A stretch of 62,567 bases of DNA, taken from IMG/VR virus record IMGVR_UViG_3300042924_005627, positions 1 to 62,567 of that record. One strand, given 5' to 3'. A program made the position numbers and the translations under genes. How positions within the stretch are numbered: the first letter of the stretch is position 1; every line of letters begins with the position of its first letter. This DNA is from a virus. Taxonomy: Duplodnaviria > Caudoviricetes. This document shows, piece after piece, positions 1 through 9,581 of the stretch. The notes beneath the pieces are model-generated. The model was not told where the DNA came from, made no database searches, and was given only the letters and a program-made list of their open reading frames with translations.

Positions 1-4
1 TATT

Positions 5-127
5 ATGTCTCATAAACCCCAACACGAACCCATGGAAGACTGGGTTATCTGGGCAGGTGTAGCAATGATGGGATTCACAGTTATCGTATTTGTCGTATTT
101 ACTCTTAGTTTAATTTATTGGGGATGA
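5..127 (+). CDS. small membrane protein (40 aa)
   Basis: Hand-translated MSHKPQHEPMEDWVIWAGVAMMGFTVIVFVVFTLSLIYWG; one hydrophobic stretch; below the ORF-track cutoff. Confidence 0.55.
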   Translation: MSHKPQHEPMEDWVIWAGVAMMGFTVIVFVVFTLSLIYWG

Positions 128-378
128 TATCATCAGAAACACCTTACAAACTCGCGGAAATTATCCGAGACACTTGGCCACAACTTTACAGACCCATGAA
201 GAAGATGCAAGTAACTGAACATAATATTACTGATTGGAACCTCAACGAAGAGGAAATCAATGCACTCATATCTCTTTCTAAGGAGAAGATGAAGTCCTGT
301 GATGATGATAAGGTGTGTGAACTATTTTATGGACTTCTCACGGGTAAACTTATCATCATGAAAAATGACCGAACTTGA
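118..378 (+). CDS. hypothetical phage protein (likely start 124)
   Basis: ORF track; tiled with neighbours. Confidence 0.6.
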   Translation: MGMISSETPYKLAEIIRDTWPQLYRPMKKMQVTEHNITDWNLNEEEINALISLSKEKMKSCDDDKVCELFYGLLTGKLIIMKNDRT

Positions 379-571
379 AGTATTCAAACAAACATCTGAA
401 GAACCTTACATTCGTCATGACTATAAAGTAGTTTTTGCGAACGGAAGATCTGTTATCTTTGATAACTATGAGGATGTTCAAAAAACTTGGTGGCAAACAC
501 CAAATCAACTTCTAGGACATGTTGAAGTTCTAGATCACAAAGAACCAAAAACAAAAAGCAAAGGATTTTAA
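365..571 (+). CDS. hypothetical phage protein
   Basis: ORF track; overlapping tiling; ends KSKGF like many cyanophage small ORFs. Confidence 0.7.
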   Translation: MTELEVFKQTSEEPYIRHDYKVVFANGRSVIFDNYEDVQKTWWQTPNQLLGHVEVLDHKEPKTKSKGF

Positions 572-572
572 A

Positions 573-878
573 ATGAAAAAATACAATGAAGAATACTTTT
601 CAGTTTTGAATAAAAAGACTGGGAAAAAACTTTTAGATTGTGGAGAAGAATCTGATGCTCTTGCCATGGTTGCTCTGGATCCTCAGAACCGAACTTACAC
701 TCGCAATAAGTTTCTAATGGGTCCTGTTGTAGACATTGAGATTCCAAAGGCACTTCCCACTAATGCAATTGATGTTTCCTCTTATAAAGAACATCAAGAA
801 AATTGGATGGTCGAAAAACTCAATGAGTTACCACAAATCAAACTTCCAGAAGGTCAAGGTCAACCTGTGGTTGTATGA
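573..878 (+). CDS. hypothetical phage protein
   Basis: ORF track; tight tiling. Confidence 0.7.
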   Translation: MKKYNEEYFSVLNKKTGKKLLDCGEESDALAMVALDPQNRTYTRNKFLMGPVVDIEIPKALPTNAIDVSSYKEHQENWMVEKLNELPQIKLPEGQGQPVVV

Positions 879-1066
879 ACCATCGTAAATATAAACAATC
901 AGAGAATCAGAAAAAGAGAAGGATGTATACGCCTGAAGGATATCTAAAAGATCCCCCAGACGCAGAATGTCCTCACTGTGGGGAGAAACAGAAATCTTGT
1001 TCTTATGTAAATAGTCTTGCTCGTGCATGGGCAAGAAGTGCTTGTAAAAAGAAAAATCAAAATTAG
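875..1066 (+). CDS. small Cys-rich hypothetical protein
   Basis: CPHC...C...C; ATGA overlap with upstream ORF. Confidence 0.65.
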   Translation: MNHRKYKQSENQKKRRMYTPEGYLKDPPDAECPHCGEKQKSCSYVNSLARAWARSACKKKNQN

Positions 1067-1156
1067 CCTTTAGCTATATTTTGACAGCAAAAAATTTCCC
1101 GGTAAAAAATCACCCTATAAGATTTTTTCCTATATAATATCTGATGTTGTGTTTTT

Positions 1157-1312
1157 ATGCCAAAAAATCAGTTGACTAAGGATGAACTAAAAGTTAGAGT
1201 ATTAAAATTGAAACATCAAGTTCAATTTGAACATAGGTATCCTGGAGAAAAAGAACTTGCCAATAAGTACTTGAATGAAGTATTATTCATTATTGATCAG
1301 TATTCTAGATGA
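1157..1312 (+). CDS. hypothetical protein (51 aa)
   Basis: Hand-translated MPKNQLTKDELKVRVLKLKH...; fills the gap before 1316. Confidence 0.6.
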   Translation: MPKNQLTKDELKVRVLKLKHQVQFEHRYPGEKELANKYLNEVLFIIDQYSR

Positions 1313-1315
1313 CTT

Positions 1316-1639
1316 ATGACCTTGCCTCAACAAGAACATAACTCTCTTCTAGCCACCAGAGAGTTTTTAAAACTTCTTTTAGATAAAGTAAAGTATCCAG
1401 ATCTTCCTGAAAAAGTAAGGTTATCCGCAAAATCTCTCCTTGAACATTATCCAGAACGTTCAAAAATAGACCAACTATATTTTGGAAACACATTTTCCGA
1501 TGTTATTCCTTTCAATGAATCTGATATAACAGAAGAAGAGATGGAAAATAACAATAAAATTTTAAATGATAATCAAACTTGGGAAACTCCTGGACTTAAA
1601 TGGAAAACAGAAGTTGAGTTTGTTTCTGTAGAGTCGTAA
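1316..1639 (+). CDS. hypothetical protein
   Basis: ORF track. Confidence 0.65.
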   Translation: MTLPQQEHNSLLATREFLKLLLDKVKYPDLPEKVRLSAKSLLEHYPERSKIDQLYFGNTFSDVIPFNESDITEEEMENNNKILNDNQTWETPGLKWKTEVEFVSVES

Positions 1640-1649
1640 GACTCTTCTT

Positions 1650-1720
1650 GGGGAATTAGTTAAACGGTATAACGGGTGCTTTGCAAGCACTTATTAGGAG
1701 TTCGATTCTCCTATTCTCCA
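1650..1720 (+). tRNA. tRNA-Ala(UGC)
   Basis: Acceptor GGGGAAT/ATTCTCC with the G3:U70 Ala determinant; anticodon arm GGTGC-TTTGCAA-GCACT; T arm AGGAG-TTCGATT-CTCCT; discriminator A; CCA not encoded. Confidence 0.92.
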
Positions 1721-1723
1721 TTC

Positions 1724-1751
1724 TTGACAAATAGGCTAAATAACTTATAAT
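1724..1751 (+). promoter_or_regulatory. sigma70-type early promoter
   Basis: TTGACA-16-TATAAT. Confidence 0.6.
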
Positions 1752-1774
1752 TACTAAGTGTTTAGTGATTTAGT

Positions 1775-1948
1775 ATGAACGTTCCGAATACTTCCGAATT
1801 GATGCATATGCGTCTTCAGGCTTGGATGAGGGAATATAAATGTGAAGATATTGAATATCTCGGTGTACGAGAAGGTGAACATTACTATAGAATTGCAGAA
1901 CACGAAGTACCAGTGTCATCCATCGAGGATCTAGAGCAAGTATCATGA
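1775..1948 (+). CDS. hypothetical protein (57 aa)
   Basis: Hand-translated MNVPNTSELMHMRLQAWMRE...; follows promoter; ATGA overlap with 1945. Confidence 0.6.
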   Translation: MNVPNTSELMHMRLQAWMREYKCEDIEYLGVREGEHYYRIAEHEVPVSSIEDLEQVS

Positions 1949-2142
1949 CAAAACCTTATATAGTATATGACGCAGAATCAAAACAAGATAAATGGAATAG
2001 GGGATTGGATTTGTTTATTGAAAGTGTACATAAACCCGACCATGAATTAAGGCAAGCCGCACATGATCAAAGGTGCTTCCATGAACTTATGGACGTAAGA
2101 GAAACCGTCTTAGAATATCTAAAAACAATTCGTTGGCATTGA
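1945..2142 (+). CDS. hypothetical cyanophage protein
   Basis: ORF track; tiling. Confidence 0.7.
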   Translation: MTKPYIVYDAESKQDKWNRGLDLFIESVHKPDHELRQAAHDQRCFHELMDVRETVLEYLKTIRWH

Positions 2143-2143
2143 T

Positions 2144-2380
2144 ATGGAATACTACTACATTTGGTTTTTCTTATTTGCAATAGCTGCATATTTTATTGTC
2201 ACTGATAGTAGTGTAGCACAGGCATTTTATTATGTTAGTAAACTTTTAAAGTTTCAATATGGAAAAACCAAGTGGTGGTTATTGAATAACCCTCGTAACC
2301 CTATAGTAAAATATTTGATGTGGAGACGAGCGATGAAACTTGCAAAAGAATTAGAAAAAGAATTCAAAGAAAAACATTAG
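2144..2380 (+). CDS. membrane-anchored hypothetical protein
   Basis: N-terminal hydrophobic segment YYYIWFFLFAIAAYFIV. Confidence 0.7.
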   Translation: MEYYYIWFFLFAIAAYFIVTDSSVAQAFYYVSKLLKFQYGKTKWWLLNNPRNPIVKYLMWRRAMKLAKELEKEFKEKH

Positions 2381-2386
2381 AAATTA

Positions 2387-3556
2387 ATGTCAATTAAACT
2401 AATATGTTTTGAACCTTGGAGAGGAGTAGGTATATCTCAGTATGATAGTGGATTTGGCGATAGAATTAAATTTTGGGTAATAGCTTATCACCTTTCTTCT
2501 ATTATTCAAGACATTCAAATAATAGTGGAAGAAGAATATTGGCCAGAATTATTGTTAATTGATTTGCCAAATACCATACCACAAAATATGTCTTCATTAA
2601 TATTGTCTGAAAATCAATTACTTCCAATTAGTTGTGAAGAAGTTAGGGATATCATATTAACTGAAAATAATAGTTTGTTAAATTCTACCAATAATACATA
2701 TTATTATTTTAATTTTTCTGTACATCGTATTGGTGATATTTTTAATAATCAAAAAATCACATACAATTCGGTTATACACAATGCTGTATCTAAAATTAAA
2801 CTAAGACTACCAACTGTCTCCGACTTTATGGAGAAGGAATTTTCTGATTGTTGTTACATACATCTACGTAGAGGGAATGGTACATTCCCTCCTTTAAAAT
2901 TTTTAAATGAAATAAAACAATTTTTGTCGAAAGAAACTATAGATTCTTATTGGAAAACCTTTCACAGCAGTAGGTTTGGAAGTTCTATATGTTCAAAAAA
3001 ATATAAGTACTTTGATTCTTTAGTTGAAAAAGATACCGATACTGAAAAAAAATATTTACCTACAAAAAAAGTTTATGGAGATTATAACTGGGTAAATGAT
3101 TACAAAATTATACCGGATTCAGATTACTTTAATTTAATTCAGAATATTATTTTTAAACAAAATCCGCATAAAAAAATTTATATAAGTTCAGACATTCCTA
3201 AAAAATATTATTCATACTATTATGATAATTTTCCACATAATATAATAGACAAAGATTTTTATTATAAAAAATTTTTGAATTTATATAAAGACAAACTTCC
3301 TGCAAAAGAATTGAAAAAAAAGTATTCAATTCCAATTTCTAAAGTTTTTGAAAACGTATTTGATTTAATGGTAGGTTGTTACGCAGAAACTGTAGTTAAA
3401 TCAACTTCTAATTGGAGTAAGATTGCTGCACTGTATAAAAGAAAGAGAATTATACATGCGGATAGAACACTTTCAATGAATTGTTTAGGAAATTGGATTT
3501 TTATAGATCAAGAGATTGACTTTATAGATGAAACTCTCTATAATGAAAAGAATTGA
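2387..3556 (+). CDS. GT11/GT23 (fucosyltransferase/NodZ-like) glycosyltransferase
   Basis: GFGDRI (cf. GLGNQ), YIHLRRG (HxRRG), IYISSD and STSNWS (cf. STFS) motifs in the expected order. Confidence 0.6.
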   Translation: MSIKLICFEPWRGVGISQYDSGFGDRIKFWVIAYHLSSIIQDIQIIVEEEYWPELLLIDLPNTIPQNMSSLILSENQLLPISCEEVRDIILTENNSLLNSTNNTYYYFNFSVHRIGDIFNNQKITYNSVIHNAVSKIKLRLPTVSDFMEKEFSDCCYIHLRRGNGTFPPLKFLNEIKQFLSKETIDSYWKTFHSSRFGSSICSKKYKYFDSLVEKDTDTEKKYLPTKKVYGDYNWVNDYKIIPDSDYFNLIQNIIFKQNPHKKIYISSDIPKKYYSYYYDNFPHNIIDKDFYYKKFLNLYKDKLPAKELKKKYSIPISKVFENVFDLMVGCYAETVVKSTSNWSKIAALYKRKRIIHADRTLSMNCLGNWIFIDQEIDFIDETLYNEKN

Positions 3557-3806
3557 TAATAAAGAAATGAAAGACCTAAGAAAAATTAATTATTCATTTC
3601 GTGAAATCAGAGAAGGGGATTATGTAAAGTTTGTTGGATGTACTAAAGAACAAATTAACTGGGGAAATAATACAGATCCAAATGATCTCTTAGTTCATGG
3701 TGGAATTTATTTTGTTCAACAAATGATTATTAAATCTTCTCATACTAAATTAATTCTTCGTGGAGTTGAAGGTAAGTTCAATAGTGTTTGCTTTGAAAGA
3801 ATGTAA
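3528..3806 (+). CDS. hypothetical cyanophage protein
   Basis: ORF track; GDYVKFVGC..EQINWG..DP pattern. Confidence 0.7.
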   Translation: MKLSIMKRIDNKEMKDLRKINYSFREIREGDYVKFVGCTKEQINWGNNTDPNDLLVHGGIYFVQQMIIKSSHTKLILRGVEGKFNSVCFERM

Positions 3807-3982
3807 TGGCTCTTTCAGAAAAGGCAAAAATTTATTACAATGTCTGGTGTTGTGCTTATCGACGCAGATATAATGCAAAAATAAAAGGCGATTGGAATCT
3901 ATACAATCGAGAACACGAAACTATTCTAATGTGTCTTAAAATGAAAGGAGCTCGTTGGAATAAGTGGTCTGGTGAAAAATAA
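3806..3982 (+). CDS. hypothetical protein (58 aa)
   Basis: Hand-translated MALSEKAKIYYNVWCCAYRRR...; TAATG coupling at both ends. Confidence 0.6.
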   Translation: MALSEKAKIYYNVWCCAYRRRYNAKIKGDWNLYNREHETILMCLKMKGARWNKWSGEK

Positions 3983-4248
3983 TGGGACTTACATTTAGAC
4001 ACATGCACAAACCAACTTCTTGGCGAAACTGCCCTTCCTGCAAATGCAATCTCGTAGATGCAGAGATTTCTAATCCTATAAAGTTTAGTTGTGAACTTGG
4101 AGCTTTCCATTCTAAACTATTAGGTGGAAGAAACCCAGATACATGGGAAATGGAATACTGGAAATGTCCTGACTGCAAAACAGTTTTTCCTGCTGAGGAA
4201 CGTCCGATAATACATACAATGAGTGATGTATATTTGCCAAATAAATGA
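3982..4248 (+). CDS. zinc-ribbon protein
   Basis: CPSC ... WKCPDC. Confidence 0.7.
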   Translation: MGLTFRHMHKPTSWRNCPSCKCNLVDAEISNPIKFSCELGAFHSKLLGGRNPDTWEMEYWKCPDCKTVFPAEERPIIHTMSDVYLPNK

Positions 4249-4274
4249 ATAATAGTTACGATAGGGATATTATT

Positions 4275-4415
4275 ATGAGATGTAAAGTTCAACTCTATGT
4301 TGCTGGTAAAGTTTTCTACGAAGAAATGGAAGCCAGAGATTATAAAGAAGCAAGAGAAGTTGCTCTTGCACGAAATCCAAATGCAAAAGTGATAGGTGTT
4401 ACCGCCGTATTCTAA
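4275..4415 (+). CDS. small hypothetical cyanophage protein (46 aa)
   Basis: Hand-translated MRCKVQLYVAGKVFYEEMEARDYKEAREVALARNPNAKVIGVTAVF. Confidence 0.65.
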   Translation: MRCKVQLYVAGKVFYEEMEARDYKEAREVALARNPNAKVIGVTAVF

Positions 4416-4705
4416 TGAAAAATAAAAAACTCAAAGCATTGATTCAAAAACCCCTGAGGTTTCATCATCAAGATATTCATGAAGAACTTGATGAACTAAA
4501 AAAACAACATCAAGTTAAGTCTAAATGGTACTATATCTTTTGGGGTTCTATGGCAGTTGCTGTAGTTGGTGGTCAAATTTATGTTGGACTTGGGTATCGT
4601 GAGATGGCTGAAGCAACTAAGTCAACTGCAATCTCTGTGACTTGTGTTGATGGTGGACAACTTGGACCTTCAGACCGAATTAAAAAACCTAAAGAATTTG
4701 AATAA
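4415..4705 (+). CDS. membrane protein
   Basis: WYYIFWGSMAVAVVGGQIYVGLG hydrophobic segment. Confidence 0.7.
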   Translation: MKNKKLKALIQKPLRFHHQDIHEELDELKKQHQVKSKWYYIFWGSMAVAVVGGQIYVGLGYREMAEATKSTAISVTCVDGGQLGPSDRIKKPKEFE

Positions 4706-4899
4706 TGATGACTATCTTTGATTTGTTTCATGATGAACGCCGTTATGGTTGGGTTGTAGACAAACGATACGACTGGATTAATATGTTGAATAAAATGCAG
4801 AAAAATAATCCCAGACGATTTAAAGAGTTCCAATACTCACAAGAGACAATTTATCATTACATAGATAGATTAAATCAGGAACAAAATCTAAATGACTGA
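4705..4899 (+). CDS. hypothetical protein
   Basis: ORF track; tiling. Confidence 0.65.
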   Translation: MMTIFDLFHDERRYGWVVDKRYDWINMLNKMQKNNPRRFKEFQYSQETIYHYIDRLNQEQNLND

Positions 4900-5884
4900 A
4901 CTGAAAAATAAAAAAATTATCAGAGTAATCCAAAAAGATGATTCATTAATGAATATGACTTGGATGACTAATAATATATGTAATAATAGATGTTCATATT
5001 GTGTACCAACTTTAAATGCAGGCATAGGTCATCATTATGAATGGGAAAAGGCAAAGAAGTTCCTGGAAGCTTTATTTGAGAGATATCCAAAAATTCATTG
5101 TTCAGTAGCTGGTGGTGAACCAAGTCTTAGTGAATTTTTTCCAGAACTAGTAAAATTTTTTAATGATGCTGGTAATACTATAGGCGTAACTAGTAATGCA
5201 TATAAGTCTGTAGAGTATTGGTCTGACATTTCAAAATATTTAAACTATATTTGTTTCTCTTATCACGCAGAATTTCCTGCAAAAGATTTTAAAGAAAAAG
5301 TAATTGCTGCCAGTCTTAATACGTTTGTAACTGTAAGACTTATGATGCATTCTGTAAAATGGGATCATTGTATGGAAGTTTTTCACTCCTTAAAAGACAT
5401 TGATACTTTTCTCTTGGAACCTGTTAGAATTTTAGATTGGAGTAGTGAAAATAAAGAATCGTTCCAGTATACTCAAGAACAATTGGATTGGTTTCAAAGT
5501 GAAGAAGCTATGAAACCTCATAAAAAAGGATTAGAACATTTAATAGGTTTAGTCAACCCTGTGAATTTAAATTCTTCCTTTCAGTTTGAGGATCAATCTA
5601 TTGTATCTAATCCATATTACAATACTGTAGAATTTATAAATGCTGGTATGACTAATTTTGAAGGATATAGTTGTGAAATAGGATTAAAAAGTTTATTTGT
5701 AAATTCTGCTGGAGAAATTTACTTAGGTAATTGTTTTGTTGGAGGTTCTATAGGAAACATAGAAGATTTTGAAAATATTAAATGGCCAACTAAACCTGTT
5801 ACCTGTGATTTAAACATATGTCGTTGTGCGACGGATGTTAATGTTAGTAAATGGATAAAAAATTATAACGAATACATACAATGA
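4892..5884 (+). CDS. radical SAM enzyme with SPASM/twitch-like C-terminus
   Basis: CNNRCSYC (CxxxCxxC), GGEP, TSN motifs; C-terminal CEIG...GNC...CDLNICRC. Confidence 0.88.
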   Translation: MTELKNKKIIRVIQKDDSLMNMTWMTNNICNNRCSYCVPTLNAGIGHHYEWEKAKKFLEALFERYPKIHCSVAGGEPSLSEFFPELVKFFNDAGNTIGVTSNAYKSVEYWSDISKYLNYICFSYHAEFPAKDFKEKVIAASLNTFVTVRLMMHSVKWDHCMEVFHSLKDIDTFLLEPVRILDWSSENKESFQYTQEQLDWFQSEEAMKPHKKGLEHLIGLVNPVNLNSSFQFEDQSIVSNPYYNTVEFINAGMTNFEGYSCEIGLKSLFVNSAGEIYLGNCFVGGSIGNIEDFENIKWPTKPVTCDLNICRCATDVNVSKWIKNYNEYIQ

Positions 5885-7992
5885 ATTTCACTAGAGAACA
5901 CTATCAATTGATTTACACAGCAGTTAGAAGTCATCAAGACAAATATTATTACGATCGTCAAACCTGGACTCAGTGCAACGAGGTTATTGACGAACTCCAT
6001 AAATTGGTCTATACTCAAAGACAAGAACAACCCACTTGATCATGGTTATTTCCACAACTGAAAAGTTCCCTTATCCTTCTTTTCCCTTTCGTCTTGACTT
6101 GACTGAGGGAAAGGATAAACGAGTATGTTGGTTTGAATGTAAAGTCCATGTTGACAAATTCATCCAAAAACATAAACTAAAAAAGAAAGATTATACGTTA
6201 ACCATTAATAATGGCTGAACTAACACTCTTAACTCTTCTGAACTTTGTCGCTACAGATTTTTGTTCCACTCGTATGCGGGGTATGGATACACTCAAATCT
6301 GTTTTAATTGCTTATTCTAAAGCAAACGATAAGTTTGGTGGATCAAATGTACGACGAGTAATTACTAATTCCCCTGGACTTGAAGCTGCAGCAATTGCAA
6401 TTGCTGTAAGTAAATGTCCAGGTCAACTTTGAGGATAGACATGCAAGAATTTGAATGGATTGATGATTGTTTTCGAGTAGAAGAACAGAAGTGGGGAACT
6501 TGGAGGTCTTATGACAAAGAGGGAAATGGAATTATCACTTCTCTTCAAAAAGAACTCTGTATTTCTGCGACTCGTTGGTATCTAAAACACAAACAAGAAG
6601 GTTTTGTTGAAAGTGATGTTAAATATGAGGGGGTTGTAGGAGGAAAACTCTGATGTATGTTCCACAGGTTAACGATTATGTTATCTGGAATGATGGAAAG
6701 TGTGTAGAAGGTTGGGTCTATTTTAAAGACGATGAGTATATAACAATCGAAGTTTGCGTAAGACCTAAAGATTGTATAAATTATGAAGCCTGCAACTTAC
6801 ATCGTAATGAAAGACTTCTGGTATTGTGTTATAAAAACCGATGGAAAGAATTAGTGTATGTCAGATCAAGAGAATCCGTATATGAAGAAACAGAAAACAG
6901 TATGGAGATGGTGGGCTAAAGCACTTGGAGAAAAAGCATCTAAGTGCGACCGAGAATCTGATACTGTTGCTCGCATACGCACCTTTATTTTTATTACTTA
7001 CTTGGTCACTAACTGTTTTATTGTGGCTGGAGTAATCAGACACTGGAATGATTCTCCTCCAGTTATTTACATTGAAATTAAACAGGAAGATGGATCACAA
7101 CTCCCAGAAGCCTAGTCTCGTTTTACCACTGGTCATTGTATTGAGTATTTTATTTATACTTGACATGGCCATCATAGGTGGTATACTTATACATGGAAAG
7201 GCGAACTTTACAGAATTATTTAAACATTTACACCATGGCTAAAAGAACTTACACAATTGAAAAAAAAGATCCAACACACAATCAAGTATGGGAATGGAAT
7301 GAAACTCCAGAATTGGCTAAACTCCTTAAAGAACTACACACAAACAAGTCCACATCCAGCACTGGATCCAACAACCCCGTGGTATGATTGGTTATGTTAT
7401 TGCGAAATCTGCGAAAGTTTAGGCCCTATTCCAGGACAACCTTCACTTCGCAGATTTATGGCATATAGGAGATATCTTAAAGAAGTAGGTGTATTATGAT
7501 CGCAACAAATTGGTTTCAAAGAAAATGGGGTCTTGAAGATCCTGTTTTGATTGATGAACTTTATTCCAGAATAGTTGATTTAGAACAAAGGGTTAGAGTT
7601 CTTGAAGAAGAAAATGTAGAAACAACTAACGAATTATATCGTCTTGAAAACTCTTTGGATGCTCGTATAGATATAATTGCAGAACGTTGTAGGATTGATT
7701 ACGATGTATGAACTTGATGATTTTGAAAAAGCCCTCGCACATTTTGGTACAAGGGTCGATATTATTTGCGCTCTTGAAATGGGTGGAAAAATTGATTCCA
7801 TTTCCGCATATAAGGAAATCAAAGCAGAACTTAAAGAACTTAAGCGAGCTAAAAAACAATACGCTAAGGATATGTGATAATTGCGGCGAGGAAAAATCAC
7901 TAACTTCTGGGCATTTTCAAATTGTCAAACAGTTTAAAAGTGGTTTTTCTTATTGGTGTAATGACTGCAATAAACCAAAACCTAAAGAATAA
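5881..7992 (+). other. array of about 12 tightly tiled small hypothetical ORFs (5881-6039, 6036-6218, 6211-6432, 6414-6653, 6653-6919, 6858-7115, 7048-7242, 7178-7387, 7257-7499, 7496-7711, 7704-7877, zinc-finger ORF ending 7992)
   Basis: ORF track plus hand translation; overlapping stop/start tiling typical of myovirus early regions; true starts often lie downstream of the track starts. Confidence 0.6.
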
Positions 7993-8021
7993 TATTTTCA
8001 AAGAGACGTAACATATCGACT

Positions 8022-8029
8022 TATAAATA
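8022..8029 (+). promoter_or_regulatory. T4-type late promoter (gp55)
   Basis: TATAAATA about 30 nt upstream of structural-type gene 8061. Confidence 0.7.
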
Positions 8030-8060
8030 TTCTAAACGCAGGTAATAATTTGGTATACTT

Positions 8061-8639
8061 ATGGCTACATTGACATCCAGTGGAATAAGATTTGCAACTA
8101 CTCCAGTAGTAGATGAATTAAATTCAAAGAGAGGAATTTTTCCTACTGGAACTGCTTGGGTTTTTTATCAAGCTTCTGCCCCTACTGGGTGGACTAAAGA
8201 TACAAGTTTAACTCTTAATGATAAAGCACTTAGAGTTGTAAGTGGAACTGGTGGTGTTTATGGAGGCACTAATGGTTTCTCGGTAATTATGAATGGATTT
8301 AATGTTGGTGGCGGATCATTAACAAGTTCAGATGCTACAGGAGGAACTCAATTATCAGTTCCACAAATTGCTTCTCACGATCATCCTAGTAGTGGTACTG
8401 GGTTGGATGCAGTTCCAGCAATATTTAATCCTGATGGAGCTTTCACTGGATGGAATGGTGGTGATGTAGCTAGAAGTTCTGGTTGGACTCGAACTTTTCC
8501 TGGGTTTGGAGATGCTGGAACTGCTCCAGTCGGAGACTCTCACTCTCACCCTTTTAGTGCAACTGCACCAGTTCCTATTCAAAACGTGTCTATGCAACCT
8601 ACTTACATGGATGTTATCGTCTGTACTTTTGATGGATAA
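8061..8639 (+). CDS. tail-collar-like short fibre protein
   Basis: FPTGT.WVFYQASAPTGWTK...ALRVVSG..G, HxH motifs (SHDH, HSH), Gly/Ser/Thr rich. Confidence 0.7.
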   Translation: MATLTSSGIRFATTPVVDELNSKRGIFPTGTAWVFYQASAPTGWTKDTSLTLNDKALRVVSGTGGVYGGTNGFSVIMNGFNVGGGSLTSSDATGGTQLSVPQIASHDHPSSGTGLDAVPAIFNPDGAFTGWNGGDVARSSGWTRTFPGFGDAGTAPVGDSHSHPFSATAPVPIQNVSMQPTYMDVIVCTFDG

Positions 8640-8676
8640 ATACTTTAAATAACATCTGTAGTTTACATCATATAAA

Positions 8677-9198
8677 ATGGCTAAATTAACAGCGTCGGGA
8701 ATAGTTTTCAGTGATTCTACAATTTTAAATTCAAAATACGGAATTGTTCCACAAAACTCAGTATCAATATTTTATCAAGCCTCTGCCCCTACTGGGTGGA
8801 CTAAAAATATAACTCATAATGACAAAACACTTAGAGTAGTTAATGGAACTGGAGGAGTTTCTGGAGGAACTCAACCATTTACTACTGTGTTTCCCAACTC
8901 TGTTAGAACATTTTCATCTCCGAATATTCCTGTGACGGGAACTGTTGGTAACACTACATTAACAACTGCTCAGTTGCCAAGTCACACACACCCTAACGGT
9001 GGTTCTATTGGATTAAGTCCAGGTGGTGGTGATGTTGCTTTTGGATCTGGATGGACTAGAACTACACCAGCTACAGGTGGTGGTCCAACCTCTGGAGGTG
9101 GATCTCATAGTCACCCTTGGTCTGGTACAGCCCAATGGTCTCTAAATGTAGACCTCAGAATTCAATACATAGATGTTATTCTTTGTAGTTTTGCTTAA
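8677..9198 (+). CDS. tail-collar-like short fibre protein (paralogue of 8061)
   Basis: FYQASAPTGWTK, TLTTAQLPSHTH, HSHPW; aligns with 8061. Confidence 0.7.
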   Translation: MAKLTASGIVFSDSTILNSKYGIVPQNSVSIFYQASAPTGWTKNITHNDKTLRVVNGTGGVSGGTQPFTTVFPNSVRTFSSPNIPVTGTVGNTTLTTAQLPSHTHPNGGSIGLSPGGGDVAFGSGWTRTTPATGGGPTSGGGSHSHPWSGTAQWSLNVDLRIQYIDVILCSFA

Positions 9199-9233
9199 TT
9201 TGTGATAGAATAGATAAAAATATTTTTGATTAT

Positions 9234-9578
9234 ATGAAAAAAAACGAGTCTGGTAATTTTTGCCCACTTATTAAAAAAGATTGTGTAGAACATAAATGTT
9301 CATGGTACACACATGTAAGAGGCATGAATCCAAATACAGGACAAGATGTAGATCATTGGTCATGTGCTGTAACTTGGATGCCCATGTTAACGATTGAAAA
9401 TTCTCAACAACAGAGACAAACTGGTTCTGCTGTAGAGTCATTTAGAAATGAAGTTGTTAAATCCAATGATGAAAATAGACAACTATATATTGATATGATT
9501 CAACAAAATGGTATATTGCCAGTAAATATAACTTCTTTGACAAGTACACACACCTTACCAGAAAATTCAGGAGAATAA
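9234..9578 (+). CDS. Cys-rich hypothetical protein associated with fibre genes
   Basis: CPLIKKDC..KCSW ... CA.W ... AVESFRNE. Confidence 0.65.
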   Translation: MKKNESGNFCPLIKKDCVEHKCSWYTHVRGMNPNTGQDVDHWSCAVTWMPMLTIENSQQQRQTGSAVESFRNEVVKSNDENRQLYIDMIQQNGILPVNITSLTSTHTLPENSGE

Positions 9579-9581
9579 ATC

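Noticed and set aside
1081-1140. A-tract intergenic stretch as replication origin
   Set aside because: No iterons or other support; TTGACA (1081) and TATAAT (1133) are too far apart for one promoter.
1650-1720. tRNA-Cys(GCA) reading
   Set aside because: The 7-nt loop TTTGCAA centres on TGC, and G3:U70 marks it as Ala.
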